Source: a virus
Lineage: Duplodnaviria; Heunggongvirae; Uroviricota; Caudoviricetes
IMG/VR virus record: IMGVR_UViG_2654587509_000002
Strand: one strand, 5' to 3'
DNA: 20,421 nucleotides
Shown piece after piece: positions 9,493 through 19,699 of the stretch; within the stretch, counting starts at the first letter, position 1; each line of letters starts with the position of its first letter. The notes below the pieces were generated by a model. The model worked only from the letters and a program-made list of their open reading frames with translations. It ran no database searches and was not told the DNA's origin. A program made the position numbers and the translations under genes.

Positions 9493-10379
9493 TGCCGCTG
9501 CTGGATAAGCTGCGTGAGCAGTACGGGGTCGGACCGCTATGCAGCGAACTGCATATTGCCCCGTCAACGTATTACCACTGTCAGCAACAGCGACATCATC
9601 CGGATAAACGCAGTGCCCGTGCGCAGCGCGATGACTGGCTGAAGAAAGAGATACAGCGCGTATACGATGAAAATCACAAGGTATACGGTGTGCGTAAAGT
9701 CTGGCGTCAGTTGTTACGGGAAGGAATCAGAGTGGCCAGATGCACTGTGGCACGTCTCATGGCGGTTATGGGACTTGCCGGTGTTCTCCGGGGTAAAAAG
9801 GTCCGCACTACCGTCAGCCGGAAAGCCGTTGCCGCATGCGACCGCGTAAACCGTCAGTTCGTGGCAGAACGTCCAGACCAGTTGTGGGTGGCTGATTTTA
9901 CCTGGGTAAGCACATGGCAGGGCTTCGTTTATGTGGCGTTCATCATTGATGTGTTCGCCGGATACATCGTGGGATGGCAGGTCTCATCATCCATGGAAAC
10001 AACATTCGTGCTGGATGCACTGGAGCAGGCGTTGTGGGCCCGTCGGCCGTCCGGCACAATCCATCACAGTGATAAAGGTTCTCAGTATGTATCGCTGGCC
10101 TACACGCAGCGGCTTAAGGAAGCCGGATTACTGGCATCAACAGGGAGTACTGGCGACTCGTATGACAACGCGATGGCGGAGAGCATCAATGGTCTTTACA
10201 AAGCGGAGGTAATACACCGTAAGAGCTGGAAAAACCGTGCAGAAGTGGAACTGGCCACACTCACGTGGGTGGACTGGTATAACAATCGACGATTGCTGGA
10301 AAGGCTGGGCCATACTCCCCCGGCAGAAGCAGAAAAAGCTTATTATGCTTCCATCGGAAACGATGATCTGGCAGCCTGA
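9492..10379 (+). CDS. IS629 transposase OrfB (DDE catalytic domain), normally expressed as an OrfAB fusion by -1 frameshift
   Basis: 295 aa, in the -1 frame relative to orfA and overlapping its stop; IS3-family integrase-core motifs (HSDKGSQY..., ...ESINGLYKAE). Confidence 0.9.
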   Translation: MPLLDKLREQYGVGPLCSELHIAPSTYYHCQQQRHHPDKRSARAQRDDWLKKEIQRVYDENHKVYGVRKVWRQLLREGIRVARCTVARLMAVMGLAGVLRGKKVRTTVSRKAVAACDRVNRQFVAERPDQLWVADFTWVSTWQGFVYVAFIIDVFAGYIVGWQVSSSMETTFVLDALEQALWARRPSGTIHHSDKGSQYVSLAYTQRLKEAGLLASTGSTGDSYDNAMAESINGLYKAEVIHRKSWKNRAEVELATLTWVDWYNNRRLLERLGHTPPAEAEKAYYASIGNDDLAA

Positions 10380-10421
10380 GTTCACAGATAAAACACTCTC
10401 CAGGAAACCCGGGGCGGTTCA

Positions 10422-10610
10422 CTGCGTGTGTGGGTTCGTCAGCATGAGCGGGATACCGGGAGTGGTGATGGTGGACTCACCACCGCTGAACGTCAGCGTC
10501 TGAAAGAGCTGGAACGTGAAAATCGTGAACTGCGCCGCAGTAACGATATCCTTCGCCAGGCTTCCGCTTATTTTGCGAAGGCGGAGTTCGACCGCCTCTG
10601 GAAAAAATAA
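10422..10610 (+). pseudogene. IS629 orfA remnant (C-terminal 62 codons, no native start)
   Basis: In-frame continuation of orfA codons from the truncation point; the ORF track shows it only via a GTG start at 10428. Confidence 0.8.
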
Positions 10611-11497
10611 TGCCGCTGCTGGATAAGCTGCGTGAGCAGTACGGGGTCGGACCGGTATGCAGTGAACTGCATATTGCCCCGTCAACGTATTACCACTGTC
10701 AGCAACAGCGACATCATCCTGATAAACGCAGTGCCCGTGCTCAGCGCGATGACTGGCTGAAGAGAGAGATACAGCGCGTATACGATGAAAATCATCAGGT
10801 GTACGGTGTGCGTAAAGTCTGGCGCCAGTTGTTACGCGAAGGTATCAGGGTGGCCAGATGTACAGTGGCGCGCCTCATGGCGGTTATGGGACTTGCCGGT
10901 GTTCTCCGGGGTAAAAAGGTCCGTACTACCGTCAGCCGGAAAGCCGTTTCCGCAGGCGACCGCGTAAACCGTCAGTTCGTGGCAGAACGTCCTGACCAGC
11001 TGTGGGTGGCTGATTTTACTTACGTCAGCACATGGCAGGGCTTCGTCTATGTGGCGTTCATCATTGATGTGTTTGCCGGATGTATCGTGGGGTGGCGAGT
11101 CTCATCGTCTATGGAAACGACATTCGTGCTGGATGCACTGGAGCAGGCGTTGTGGGCCCGTCGGCCGTCCGGCACAGTCCATCACAGTGATAAAGGTTCT
11201 CAGTATGTATCACTGGCCTATACGGAGCGACTAAAAGAAGCAAAACTGCTGGCATCAACAGGGAGTACAGGTGACTCGTATGACAACGCGATGGCGGAGA
11301 GCATCAATGGTCTTTACAAAGCGGAGGTAATACACCGTAAGAGCTGGAAAAACCGTGCAGAAGTGGAACTGGCCACACTCACGTGGGTGGACTGGTATAA
11401 CAATCGACGATTGCTGGGAAGGCTGGGTCATATCCCTCCGGCAGAAGCAGAAAAAGCTTATTATGCTTCCATCAGAAACGATGATCTGGCAGCCTGA
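10610..11497 (+). CDS. IS629 OrfB, second copy (intact frame; expression doubtful because orfA is truncated)
   Basis: 295 aa, about 95% identical to the first OrfB with scattered substitutions (for example K52R, W138Y, Y158C). Confidence 0.8.
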   Translation: MPLLDKLREQYGVGPVCSELHIAPSTYYHCQQQRHHPDKRSARAQRDDWLKREIQRVYDENHQVYGVRKVWRQLLREGIRVARCTVARLMAVMGLAGVLRGKKVRTTVSRKAVSAGDRVNRQFVAERPDQLWVADFTYVSTWQGFVYVAFIIDVFAGCIVGWRVSSSMETTFVLDALEQALWARRPSGTVHHSDKGSQYVSLAYTERLKEAKLLASTGSTGDSYDNAMAESINGLYKAEVIHRKSWKNRAEVELATLTWVDWYNNRRLLGRLGHIPPAEAEKAYYASIRNDDLAA

Positions 11498-11539
11498 GTT
11501 CACAGATAAAACACTCTCCAGGAAAACCGGGGCGGTTCA

Positions 11540-11953
11540 GGGCTGTATTCCAATGCCACGTTGACAGATGCTGACCCTCAGGCAATTGAAGATGCCATTA
11601 ATGACCTCGAAGACATGATGGCAGCATGGCAGGCTAAAGGTATCGAGCTTGGATATCAGTTTGCTGATACAGAAAACGGCATCATGCCGTTACCTGACGA
11701 TGATTCAGGTATCCCTGCGTGGGCAAATGATGGCGTCGCTTTGAAGCTCGCTGTGCAAGTGTGCATGGATAACGTCATTCAGCCGTCAGATGCTCTCCTT
11801 ACCGCTGCTGACAGCGCATATCAGACAATCTGCATCGCTTTAACCAAAATACCACCACTTGAGCGGCGAAATGACATGCCTCGCGGTAGTGGTAACAAAA
11901 GCGCGTTTACGTGGAATCGGTTTTACATCGAGAAAGATGATCCAAGTACGTGA
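11540..11953 (+). pseudogene. gp4: P22-like gene 4 (head completion / tail accessory protein), 5'-truncated by IS629
   Basis: Frame is open from the IS boundary (GLYSNATLTDADPQAIEDAINDLEDMMAAW...), 137 codons remaining; no start codon with a ribosome-binding site; followed by gene 10 as in P22. Confidence 0.7.
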
Positions 11954-11962
11954 GGTGAATAA

Positions 11963-12067
11963 ATGCCGATTCAGCAACTTCCGCTTATGAAAGGTGTCGG
12001 CAAAGACTTTCGAAACGCCGACTATATCGACTATCTGCCAGTGAATATGCTGGCAATTTTGATATAA
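11963..12067 (+). pseudogene. Orphaned 5' fragment of P22-like gene 10 (34 codons)
   Basis: GAGGTGA ribosome-binding site then [34 protein letters not shown]-stop; first 31 residues are homologous to the start of the intact gene 10 at 12636 ([31 protein letters not shown]). Confidence 0.7.
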
Positions 12068-12103
12068 TAAGTACATGAAAAATCGAAACTTTAAGGAGTA
12101 GAT

Positions 12104-12688
12104 ATGCTTTCTGAGAATGCTAAAGATATACCTGGATTTGAAGGTGTTTATGCCGTAACAGAAGATGGCAGGGTATATTCTCACTCACGTGTTGTTAAGG
12201 CTGCGCATGGCAGCACGCAACTCAGAAAGGGGCGCTGGTTAAAGCCTAAAATCAATCAGGGAAGGGTGCTTTATAATATCGGAGCAAAATGGACTTTTGC
12301 CCATCGAATCGTTGCAATGACATTCCTGCCAAATCCTGAAAACAAGCCTCAGGTAAATCATATTGATGGCAATCCACTCAATAATAACGTCAATAATCTT
12401 GAGTGGTGCACTCAAAGCGAAAACATCAAACATGCATACGCCACCGGATTAAAGAAACCAATCAAGTTTTTCGGAACCAAGCACCCAAAACACAAGTTGA
12501 GTGATGACGATGTTCTTGCAATCAAGTCATCAAAAGAAAGCTTGTCAGTAATTGCGGCTAAGTACGGGATATCTAAGACCTGGGCAAGTAGGCTAAAGCG
12601 TGATGCTAACTGGGTTCATATAAAGGTTGATTCCAATGGCAATACAACAACTACCACTAATGAAGGGATTGGGGAAAAGTGCGGTTAA
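12104..12688 (+). CDS. HNH homing-endonuclease-like protein (NUMOD4-like N-terminus plus HNH motif)
   Basis: 194 aa; AAGGAG ribosome-binding site; GFEGVYAVTEDGRVYS (NUMOD4-like), HRIVAMTF...VNHIDGNPLNNNVNNLEWCTQSENIKHA (HNH); AT-rich; 3' end overlaps the gene 10 start. Confidence 0.8.
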   Translation: MLSENAKDIPGFEGVYAVTEDGRVYSHSRVVKAAHGSTQLRKGRWLKPKINQGRVLYNIGAKWTFAHRIVAMTFLPNPENKPQVNHIDGNPLNNNVNNLEWCTQSENIKHAYATGLKKPIKFFGTKHPKHKLSDDDVLAIKSSKESLSVIAAKYGISKTWASRLKRDANWVHIKVDSNGNTTTTTNEGIGEKCG

Positions 12689-14054
12689 TGCTGATTATAT
12701 AGACCAACTTCCAGTCAATCTTTTAGCTACGCCCAAGGAGGTGTTGAATTCATCGGGATATCTTCGCTCATTCCCGGGCATTGCCAAACGTTCTGATGTG
12801 AACGGCGTATCGCGAGGCGTCGAGTACAACATGGCGCAGAGTGCTGTTTATCGCGTGTGTGGTGGCAAGCTGTACAAAGGAGAAAGTGAAGTTGGTGATG
12901 TTGCCGGAAGTGGTCGCGTATCAATGGCACATGGTCGGACATCACAGGCGGTAGGCGTTAATGGTCAACTGGTCGAATACCGCTATGATGGCACGGTTAA
13001 AACCGTCTCAAACTGGCCTACGGACAGCGGATTCACGCAGTATGAGTTAGGTTCGGTCCGTGACATTACGCGTTTACGTGGGCGTTATGCGTGGTCAAAA
13101 GACGGTACTGATTCATGGTTTATCACTGACCTTGAAGACGAATCGCATCCTGACCGCTACAGCGCACAATATCGGGCAGAATCGCAGCCGGACGGTATCA
13201 TCGGCATCGGAACATGGCGAGATTTCATCGTCTGCTTTGGTTCATCGACGATTGAATATTTTTCCCTGACTGGTGCAACCACCGTTGGTGCCGCTTTGTA
13301 TGTCGCACAGCCATCACTAATGGTGCAAAAAGGAATCGCCGGGACTTACTGCAAAACGCCATTCTCTGATTCATATGCGTTCATCAGCAATCCGGCAACA
13401 GGTGCGCCGTCTGTGTACATCATCGGCTCCGGTCAGGTGTCACCAATCGCCAGTGCGAGCATTGAGAAAATCCTCCGCTCCTACACTGCTGATGAACTGG
13501 CTGATGGCGTGATGGAATCGTTGCGGTTTGATGCTCATGAGTTGCTGATTATCCATCTTCCGCGTCACGTCCTCGTGTACGACGCATCTTCAAGCGCCAA
13601 TGGTCCGCAATGGTGTGTGCTTAAAACAGGCCTGTATGACGATGTGTACCGCGCTATCGACTTCATTTACGAAGGCAATCAGATAACGTGCGGCGATAAG
13701 CTGGAATCGGTGACCGGGAAATTGCAGTTCGATATCAGCAGTCAGTATGGGCTTCAACAGGAACACCTTCTGTTTACTCCGTTGTTCAAAGCGGATAACG
13801 CCAGATGCTTCGATCTGGAGGTGGAATCGTCCACTGGCGTAGCTCAGTACGCCGACCGCCTGTTCCTCTCTGCGACCACTGACGGCATAAATTACGGTCG
13901 TGAGCAGATGATTGAGCAGAATGAACCGTTCGTTTACGACAAACGCGTTTTGTGGAAGCGAGTCGGGCGCATCAGGAAAAATGTCGGCTTCAAATTGCGC
14001 GTTATCACGAAGTCACCTGTCACTCTGTCTGGCTGCCAGATAAGGATTGAGTAA
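12636..14054 (+). CDS. gp10: P22-like gene 10 tail accessory factor
   Basis: 472 aa from ATG 12636, the same length as P22 gp10; position between genes 4 and 26. Confidence 0.8.
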   Translation: MAIQQLPLMKGLGKSAVNADYIDQLPVNLLATPKEVLNSSGYLRSFPGIAKRSDVNGVSRGVEYNMAQSAVYRVCGGKLYKGESEVGDVAGSGRVSMAHGRTSQAVGVNGQLVEYRYDGTVKTVSNWPTDSGFTQYELGSVRDITRLRGRYAWSKDGTDSWFITDLEDESHPDRYSAQYRAESQPDGIIGIGTWRDFIVCFGSSTIEYFSLTGATTVGAALYVAQPSLMVQKGIAGTYCKTPFSDSYAFISNPATGAPSVYIIGSGQVSPIASASIEKILRSYTADELADGVMESLRFDAHELLIIHLPRHVLVYDASSSANGPQWCVLKTGLYDDVYRAIDFIYEGNQITCGDKLESVTGKLQFDISSQYGLQQEHLLFTPLFKADNARCFDLEVESSTGVAQYADRLFLSATTDGINYGREQMIEQNEPFVYDKRVLWKRVGRIRKNVGFKLRVITKSPVTLSGCQIRIE

Positions 14055-14755
14055 TGGCTGATTCGAATCTCAACACCCCTGTTATTGTGCAGGCGACGCG
14101 GCTCGATACATCAATCCTTCCACGCAATATATTCAGCCAGTCTTACCTGCTGTATGTCATTAATCAGGGGGCTGATGTCGGCGCAATTGCCGGGAAGGCA
14201 AATCAGGCTGGTCAGGGCGCTTACGATGCTCAGGTGAAAAACGATGAACAGGACGTCGAACTGGCTGATCACGACGCAAGAATCACCGCAAACACAAAAG
14301 CGATAAATCTACTTGAGGTCAGGTTAACAACTGCCGAAGGGAAGATAGTCGTACTGCGTAGCGATGTTGATTACTTGCTGGATGAGGTTATCGATATTCA
14401 GGCGCATCTGGTCACTGTTGACCAAAGACTGGATGACGTAGAAAACGATGTCTCTGGCATTAAGAGTGATTACGTATCGAAAACCGTAACCGAATTGCAG
14501 TCTCTTGAGTCACCGCTGGATGTAAAAACATCATATTCAGTTGATGGAATTCAGGTTGTTGGAGCAAGAAATACCGGATGGACTGCAGCCACAGGTACGC
14601 CACTTCTTGGCTCATTCAACGCTAACCAGTCATACACTGTCGGCACTACGTACACACAATCCGAAGTCGCAGCTCTCGCTACAGGTTTGCAGCAGGCGCG
14701 GCAGCGTATTCTGGCGCTTGAAACGGCACTTAGATTACATGGGCTGATTGACTGA
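14054..14755 (+). CDS. gp26: P22-like gene 26 tail needle
   Basis: 233 aa [36 protein letters not shown]... with a heptad-rich coiled core and C-terminal ...[14 protein letters not shown], as recalled for P22 gp26. Confidence 0.85.
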   Translation: MADSNLNTPVIVQATRLDTSILPRNIFSQSYLLYVINQGADVGAIAGKANQAGQGAYDAQVKNDEQDVELADHDARITANTKAINLLEVRLTTAEGKIVVLRSDVDYLLDEVIDIQAHLVTVDQRLDDVENDVSGIKSDYVSKTVTELQSLESPLDVKTSYSVDGIQVVGARNTGWTAATGTPLLGSFNANQSYTVGTTYTQSEVAALATGLQQARQRILALETALRLHGLID

Positions 14756-15210
14756 TGATTACATTCAAACCAACGCGAAACATCGACCTGATAGAAGCAG
14801 TCGGAAATCACCCTGACATTATCGCCGGGAGCAACAACGGCGATGGATACGACTACAAACCTGAATGCCGTTACTTTGAGGTGAGCGTGCACGGGCAGTT
14901 CGGCGGCATTGTTTACTATCAGGAGATTCAGCCGCTGACATTCGATTGCCACGCCATGTACCTGCCAGAGGTTCGTGGATTCAGCAAGGAAATCGGTCTG
15001 GCGTTCTGGCGATACATTCTGACTAACACCACCGTTCAGTGCGTCACATCGTTCGCTGCACGCAAATTCCGCCACGGGCAGATGTACTGCGCAATGATTG
15101 GCCTTAAGCGTGTAGGAACCATCAAGAAATACTTCAAAGGCGTGGATGACGTGACTTTTTACAGTGCTACACGCGAAGAACTAATCGAATTCCTGAATCA
15201 CGGGAGATAG
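14755..15210 (+). CDS. gp14: P22-like gene 14 protein
   Basis: 151 aa; synteny between gene 26 and gene 7; ATGA-type overlap with the gene 26 stop. Confidence 0.7.
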   Translation: MITFKPTRNIDLIEAVGNHPDIIAGSNNGDGYDYKPECRYFEVSVHGQFGGIVYYQEIQPLTFDCHAMYLPEVRGFSKEIGLAFWRYILTNTTVQCVTSFAARKFRHGQMYCAMIGLKRVGTIKKYFKGVDDVTFYSATREELIEFLNHGR

Positions 15211-15212
15211 CC

Positions 15213-15905
15213 ATGTTATATGCATTTAAGCTGGGCAGAAAACTGCGCGGCGAGGAACCTTATTGCCATGAAAAAGGCGGGAAAGGTGGCAGCTCTGATA
15301 AAAGCGCAAAGTATGCAGCAGAAGCTCAGAAGTATGCCGCAGACCTGCAAAATCAGCAGTTCAACACCATCATGAACAACCTGAAACCGTTTACTCCTCT
15401 GGCTGAGAAGTATGTCGGCAGCCTCGAGAACTTATCGTCTCTGGAGGGGCAAGGTCAGGCGCTTAACCAGTATTACAACTCTCAGCAGTATAAAGACCTT
15501 GCAGGTCAGGCTCGCTATCAGAGTCTGGCTGCAGCGGAAGCAACAGGTGGATTGGGTTCCACCGCAACCAGTAATCAGTTAGCAACAATCGCACCAACGC
15601 TTGGTCAGCAATGGCTATCTGGTCAGATGAACAACTACCAGAATCTGGCAAATGTTGGTCTTGGCGCACTGCAAGGTCAGGCAAACGCCGGGCAGACATA
15701 TGCCAACAACATGAGTCAGATTTCTCAGCAAAGTGCGGCTCTTGCAGCGGCAAATGCCAACAGACCATCAGCAATGCAATCTGCTATTGGCGGAGGTGCG
15801 TCTGGTGCTATTGCTGGGGCTGGACTTGCGAAATTAATTGGTTCATCCACTCCGTGGGGGGCTGCGATCGGCGGCGGTCTTGGTCTGCTTGGCTCGTTGT
15901 TTTAA
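15213..15905 (+). CDS. gp7: P22-like gene 7 ejection (internal virion) protein
   Basis: 230 aa MLYAFKLGRKLRGEEPYC...; Q/N/A-rich with a Gly-rich hydrophobic C-terminus; length and order as P22 gp7. Confidence 0.8.
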   Translation: MLYAFKLGRKLRGEEPYCHEKGGKGGSSDKSAKYAAEAQKYAADLQNQQFNTIMNNLKPFTPLAEKYVGSLENLSSLEGQGQALNQYYNSQQYKDLAGQARYQSLAAAEATGGLGSTATSNQLATIAPTLGQQWLSGQMNNYQNLANVGLGALQGQANAGQTYANNMSQISQQSAALAAANANRPSAMQSAIGGGASGAIAGAGLAKLIGSSTPWGAAIGGGLGLLGSLF

Positions 15906-15914
15906 GGGGTAATC

Positions 15915-17330
15915 ATGGCTACGTGGCAACATGGTATTAATTCTGGTGGTTTTCTGGCTGGCATCGGTACGCAAAATGAGAATGCGCCAAAGGCAAGCGA
16001 CATTAACGCAACGCTTGGTCTGATCCGCGAAAACAATGAGTTGGCTCGCTCAGGTGCAAATAACGTTGGTCTGACCGCGTTACGTGGTCTGGCTGGAGTT
16101 GCTGATATTTACAATCAGGAACAGCAACAGAAAGCGATTAGTGCGTTCAATAAGGTTCACGCTGATGCATGGGCTTCTGGTGATCCATCGGGACTATTTA
16201 AGTTTGCCCAGGAAAATCCAGCGTTTGTTGCACAGGCACAACAGGCGTTTTCTGGTCTTAATGATCAGCAACGCAACGATATGGGCGATTTAGCCATGAG
16301 GGCTAACGTCGCTCTTTCTCAGGGACCGGAAGCCTACAGTAAATTCATTACTGACAACAAGGACAGGTTAAATCGCGTTGGTGCTAATGCTGACTGGATG
16401 ATTCAGACAGGTATCCAGAATCCAGAGCAGCTATCACACATGCTGACTACTATGTCTCTCGGTGCGCTTGGACCAGAAAAGGCGTTTGCTGTTCAGGATA
16501 AGATGGCTGGTCGTGAAATTGACCGAGGCAGGCTGGCAGAGACAATCCGCAGCAATCAGGCTGGTGAAGCACTTCAGGCGAGAGGGCAAAACCTTTCCTA
16601 TCAGTCAGCAATGACTGGGCACAATATCGCAGCACAACGCTTGGCTCTGGATCAGCAAGAGTTCGGGTTTAAGATGCAGCAAGCGCAGGAAAAGGCTCAG
16701 CAGTTGATTAGTGAAGCACCTAAGCTGTCAGTAAACATGGAAAAAGGCATCGAGACGGCTGTAAACAATGCCACAGCATCATCAAACTCAGCCAATTCTA
16801 TGAGTGCGCTTGCTCAACAGTTCAGAGCAGAAAAACCAACGACAGGTTTGTTCGGTAACGCACAGAACATGTTCGCAAAACTTACCGGAAGCGATACGAC
16901 ATTGCGTGATTTGCGCATCCGCCAAAATGCCCTTGTTAACAGTCAGGTTCTTAAATTCCTACCTCCCGGCCCAGCAACGGATAAAGACGTTGAGATCGTT
17001 CGGCAGGGTGCGCCAACTGACATGGATAACCCTGAGACGGTCGCAAGATGGCTTGATGCAATGGCAAACCTTGAGCGACGAAACGCGCAGTTTAATGAGT
17101 TTAAAGCTGAGTGGATGAGCGCGAATGGCAATCCTGGACAATCGCGTAATGGCGGTCAGATATTGGGGTTGGATGTTAAAAAAGGTGAATCATTGGGGAG
17201 TGCCGTTAAGCGGTATATGTCATTGAATACTGACGCAGCGCCAGCACAAGATTCGACACCTTCAGGAGAACCACGGAATCAGGTTGGATCATATACCTCA
17301 AAATCAGTCATTCAATTTACGGTGGAATGA
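15915..17330 (+). CDS. gp20: P22-like gene 20 ejection protein
   Basis: 471 aa, identical in length to P22 gp20; synteny. Confidence 0.8.
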   Translation: MATWQHGINSGGFLAGIGTQNENAPKASDINATLGLIRENNELARSGANNVGLTALRGLAGVADIYNQEQQQKAISAFNKVHADAWASGDPSGLFKFAQENPAFVAQAQQAFSGLNDQQRNDMGDLAMRANVALSQGPEAYSKFITDNKDRLNRVGANADWMIQTGIQNPEQLSHMLTTMSLGALGPEKAFAVQDKMAGREIDRGRLAETIRSNQAGEALQARGQNLSYQSAMTGHNIAAQRLALDQQEFGFKMQQAQEKAQQLISEAPKLSVNMEKGIETAVNNATASSNSANSMSALAQQFRAEKPTTGLFGNAQNMFAKLTGSDTTLRDLRIRQNALVNSQVLKFLPPGPATDKDVEIVRQGAPTDMDNPETVARWLDAMANLERRNAQFNEFKAEWMSANGNPGQSRNGGQILGLDVKKGESLGSAVKRYMSLNTDAAPAQDSTPSGEPRNQVGSYTSKSVIQFTVE

Positions 17331-19168
17331 TGAAAGTAACTGCAAACGGTAAGACATTTACCTTCCCTGATGGTACGAGCACGGAAGATATTGGAGCCGC
17401 CATTGATGATTATTTTGCTGGTCAGGTTGTTCAGCAACAAACAGTTAATCAGGCCAATAATGCACCAGTACGTGAAGAACCATCATTGATGCAACAAGCT
17501 GGCGATTGGCTCACTGGTGGTCAAAGTGCAGGGCAAATTGCAGAACAGGCTGGTCGTGGTCTGGTAAACATACCATTTGACGTATTGCAGGGTGGCGCAA
17601 GTCTGATTAATGCAATCAGTCAGGGGCTTGGTGGGCCAAAAGTTTTGGATGATGTTTATCGTCCAGTAGACAAACCGACAGACCCATACGCACAAGCCGG
17701 TGAAACAATTGGTGGGTATTTAGTTCCAGGAGTTGGAACGGCAGGAAGCATGGCTATTGGATCGCTGGCAGAGGCCGCAAATCAGAAAGGCGATTTCGCA
17801 CAAAATGCAGCTAAAAATGCCGGAGTTAACCTTGCCGCTCAGGGTGTTCTTTCCGCAGCAGCAAAGGGAATAGGGCGTGGAATAACGGCTATAAAAGGTG
17901 ATATTGCGCCAGAAGTGGCGAAGAAAATTGCCACATCAGAATCGATGGGCGTGACACCAATGACATCTGATGTTATCCCGCCGAAAAATGCTTTCACTCG
18001 CGGCCTTACTCAGGATGCCGAGGGGGCTTTGCTCGGGACGGGCTCAAAGCGAGCAGAGCAATATGCAACGCGGAGTAAGCTGGTAAGCAATTATTTTGAC
18101 CGTTTTGGTGAGTACAACCCTGATGATGTGGTGAAATCTCTGACCACCACGTTAAGGGGGCGGAAGGATGCCGCTGGCGCTGTTATCAATGACGTCACCA
18201 ATAAAATGGGTAATGCCGCAGTTGATACCACAAATACCATGAATGCTCTGAATACAGCGATCGCAAGACAGGAACGGCTTGGGACGTCTGCCAATCAAAG
18301 CCTGCTTACATCCTTGCGTAACCTACGTGAAGAATTAGCAAACCCTGCAACTGATTTGGATGTTACGTTTGATCTCTTGCGTCAGCACAGAACAGCATTT
18401 AGATCTAATGTTCAGGGAGATGCTATGGTCTTCCCCAACCAGGCAAAAGCAGCTACCAATATGGTAGAGAATGCAATGTCAAAAGACCTTCGTAACGCAG
18501 TTGCTAAAAACCTCGGTGCATCAGACGCAGCAAAATACCTTAAAGCAAATTCCGATTATGCAAACGTTTATAATAAGGTGCTTAATAAAAACATTGCCAA
18601 CAAGCTCAACAAGGCAAGCAGTGAAGCCAGTCCTGAACTTATAAATACCGTTGTATTAAGCAGAAAACCATCTGACGTGAAACGAATCTGGAGCGCACTG
18701 GATGATAAGGGGAAAGATGCTATGCGTGCAGCTTACGTCAGCAAAATAGCGGAAAAGGCCGGGGACTCTCCAGCCAAGTTCATCACTGAAGTTAATAAGC
18801 TGAAATCTCAGTCAGGCGGTGAAATTTACAACACTATTTTTTCTGGAAAGCACATGAAAGAGCTTGATGCTCTTCATGAAGTTCTACAGCAAACAGCAAG
18901 GTCAGACACCGCAAATGTAGTAACTCAGACGGGGCAATCGCAAGCCAACAGGATAAGGACGATTGGCGCAACTGCGACCCTTGGCGTATCAATGGGGCTT
19001 GAGGCTGGTTTTGGTGCAATGATGCGCTTGTATGAGTCCAAAGCAGCAAGGAATATGCTTCTTCGTTTGGCAAACACCAAAGCAGGAACACCAGCCTATG
19101 AAAGAGCGATAAATAACGCTGCGAATGCCATCAGACCGCTGTTTGCTACTGAGGCAACACAGCAGTAA
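17327..19168 (+). CDS. gp16: P22-like gene 16 ejection protein
   Basis: 613 aa (P22 gp16 is about 609 aa); ATGA overlap with gene 20; last gene of the ejection operon. Confidence 0.8.
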   Translation: MMKVTANGKTFTFPDGTSTEDIGAAIDDYFAGQVVQQQTVNQANNAPVREEPSLMQQAGDWLTGGQSAGQIAEQAGRGLVNIPFDVLQGGASLINAISQGLGGPKVLDDVYRPVDKPTDPYAQAGETIGGYLVPGVGTAGSMAIGSLAEAANQKGDFAQNAAKNAGVNLAAQGVLSAAAKGIGRGITAIKGDIAPEVAKKIATSESMGVTPMTSDVIPPKNAFTRGLTQDAEGALLGTGSKRAEQYATRSKLVSNYFDRFGEYNPDDVVKSLTTTLRGRKDAAGAVINDVTNKMGNAAVDTTNTMNALNTAIARQERLGTSANQSLLTSLRNLREELANPATDLDVTFDLLRQHRTAFRSNVQGDAMVFPNQAKAATNMVENAMSKDLRNAVAKNLGASDAAKYLKANSDYANVYNKVLNKNIANKLNKASSEASPELINTVVLSRKPSDVKRIWSALDDKGKDAMRAAYVSKIAEKAGDSPAKFITEVNKLKSQSGGEIYNTIFSGKHMKELDALHEVLQQTARSDTANVVTQTGQSQANRIRTIGATATLGVSMGLEAGFGAMMRLYESKAARNMLLRLANTKAGTPAYERAINNAANAIRPLFATEATQQ

Positions 19169-19192
19169 CGTATGGGAAATTGGATTCAATCG

Positions 19193-19582
19193 CTAACATT
19201 TTCTTTTTACTTTTCCAACAAAAGCTTTGGTTGAATCCATATTTCCATAACCGGAAATGGTTTTTGACATTAAAACTGTTCCAGTAGGATGTATTACCCA
19301 TGAGTCGATAACGCGTTGAGTTTCGCCATTCGCGCCGATTCCTATGATGGAGTTTTTAGACAATGCTTTGTAAGCCATGCCGCCCGCATCTGTCCCAGAA
19401 TATGTGATGCTGGCATCTTCACCGTTTGTCTTAATGATGAATGTTCCACTAAAACCATCTTCTTCCGGATGGAAATTATTTCGTTCTGAATAGCTTATTC
19501 CGCGCATATCTCCAACGACCCAGCACTCTGCTGTAGCCCCAAAAGATATGAATAAGAACATAGCAGTAAGAAATTGCTTCAC
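19193..19582 (-). CDS. Secreted (periplasmic) protein of unknown function, 129 aa, paralog of the cI-linked gene at 7035
   Basis: GTG start preceded by a strong ribosome-binding site (TAAGGAGGttggcGTG); signal peptide MKQFLTAMFLFISFGATA then ECW; shared motifs with 7035-7439 (ECW[IV]V, TNGED/INGD, Y.ALS, [ST]W.I, STK[AS]FVG.V, C-terminal Cys). Confidence 0.7.
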   Translation of the reverse strand: MKQFLTAMFLFISFGATAECWVVGDMRGISYSERNNFHPEEDGFSGTFIIKTNGEDASITYSGTDAGGMAYKALSKNSIIGIGANGETQRVIDSWVIHPTGTVLMSKTISGYGNMDSTKAFVGKVKRKC

Positions 19583-19699
19583 GCCAACCTCCTTAGTTTT
19601 GAGCAGGATACCATGAAAAAAGTAAACATCTTTTGCCTACTTCACATTTGAATGGTTTGTCATTAGGATGTTTCCGGTTTTTTAAATATGGAAATTGAT

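Larger units (their letters stand above)
9112..10421 (+). mobile_element. Complete IS629 (IS3 family), 1310 bp
   Basis: Ends 5'-TG...CA-3' with imperfect terminal inverted repeats (TGAACCGCCCCGGGAATCCTGGAG / CTCCAGGAAACCCGGGGCGGTTCA); carries orfA and orfB in the -1 arrangement. Confidence 0.9.
10422..11539 (+). mobile_element. 5'-truncated IS629 copy (element positions 193-1310) abutting the IRR of the first copy
   Basis: Homology to copy 1 resumes at the base corresponding to 9304 and runs to a second IRR ending GGGGCGGTTCA at 11539; no IRL. Confidence 0.9.

Noticed and set aside
9247-11503. Several minus-strand ORFs (9247-9567, 10137-10385, 10419-10685, 11255-11503) and small plus-strand ORFs inside the IS629 copies
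   Set aside because: Antisense or out-of-frame shadows of orfA and orfB that recur only because the IS is duplicated; not independent genes.
9112-11539. Two roughly 1.1-1.3 kb direct repeats considered as a possible CRISPR array or other repeat array
   Set aside because: They are tandem IS629 copies with transposase genes; no short repeat-spacer periodicity is present anywhere in the window.
12727-19189. Short ORFs within or antisense to genes 10, 26, 7, 20 and 16 (for example 12727-12945, 14551-15075, 15463-15774, 16084-16293, 18091-18294, 18989-19189)
   Set aside because: Embedded in long, syntenic P22-like structural genes with consistent coding frames; no independent start signals.
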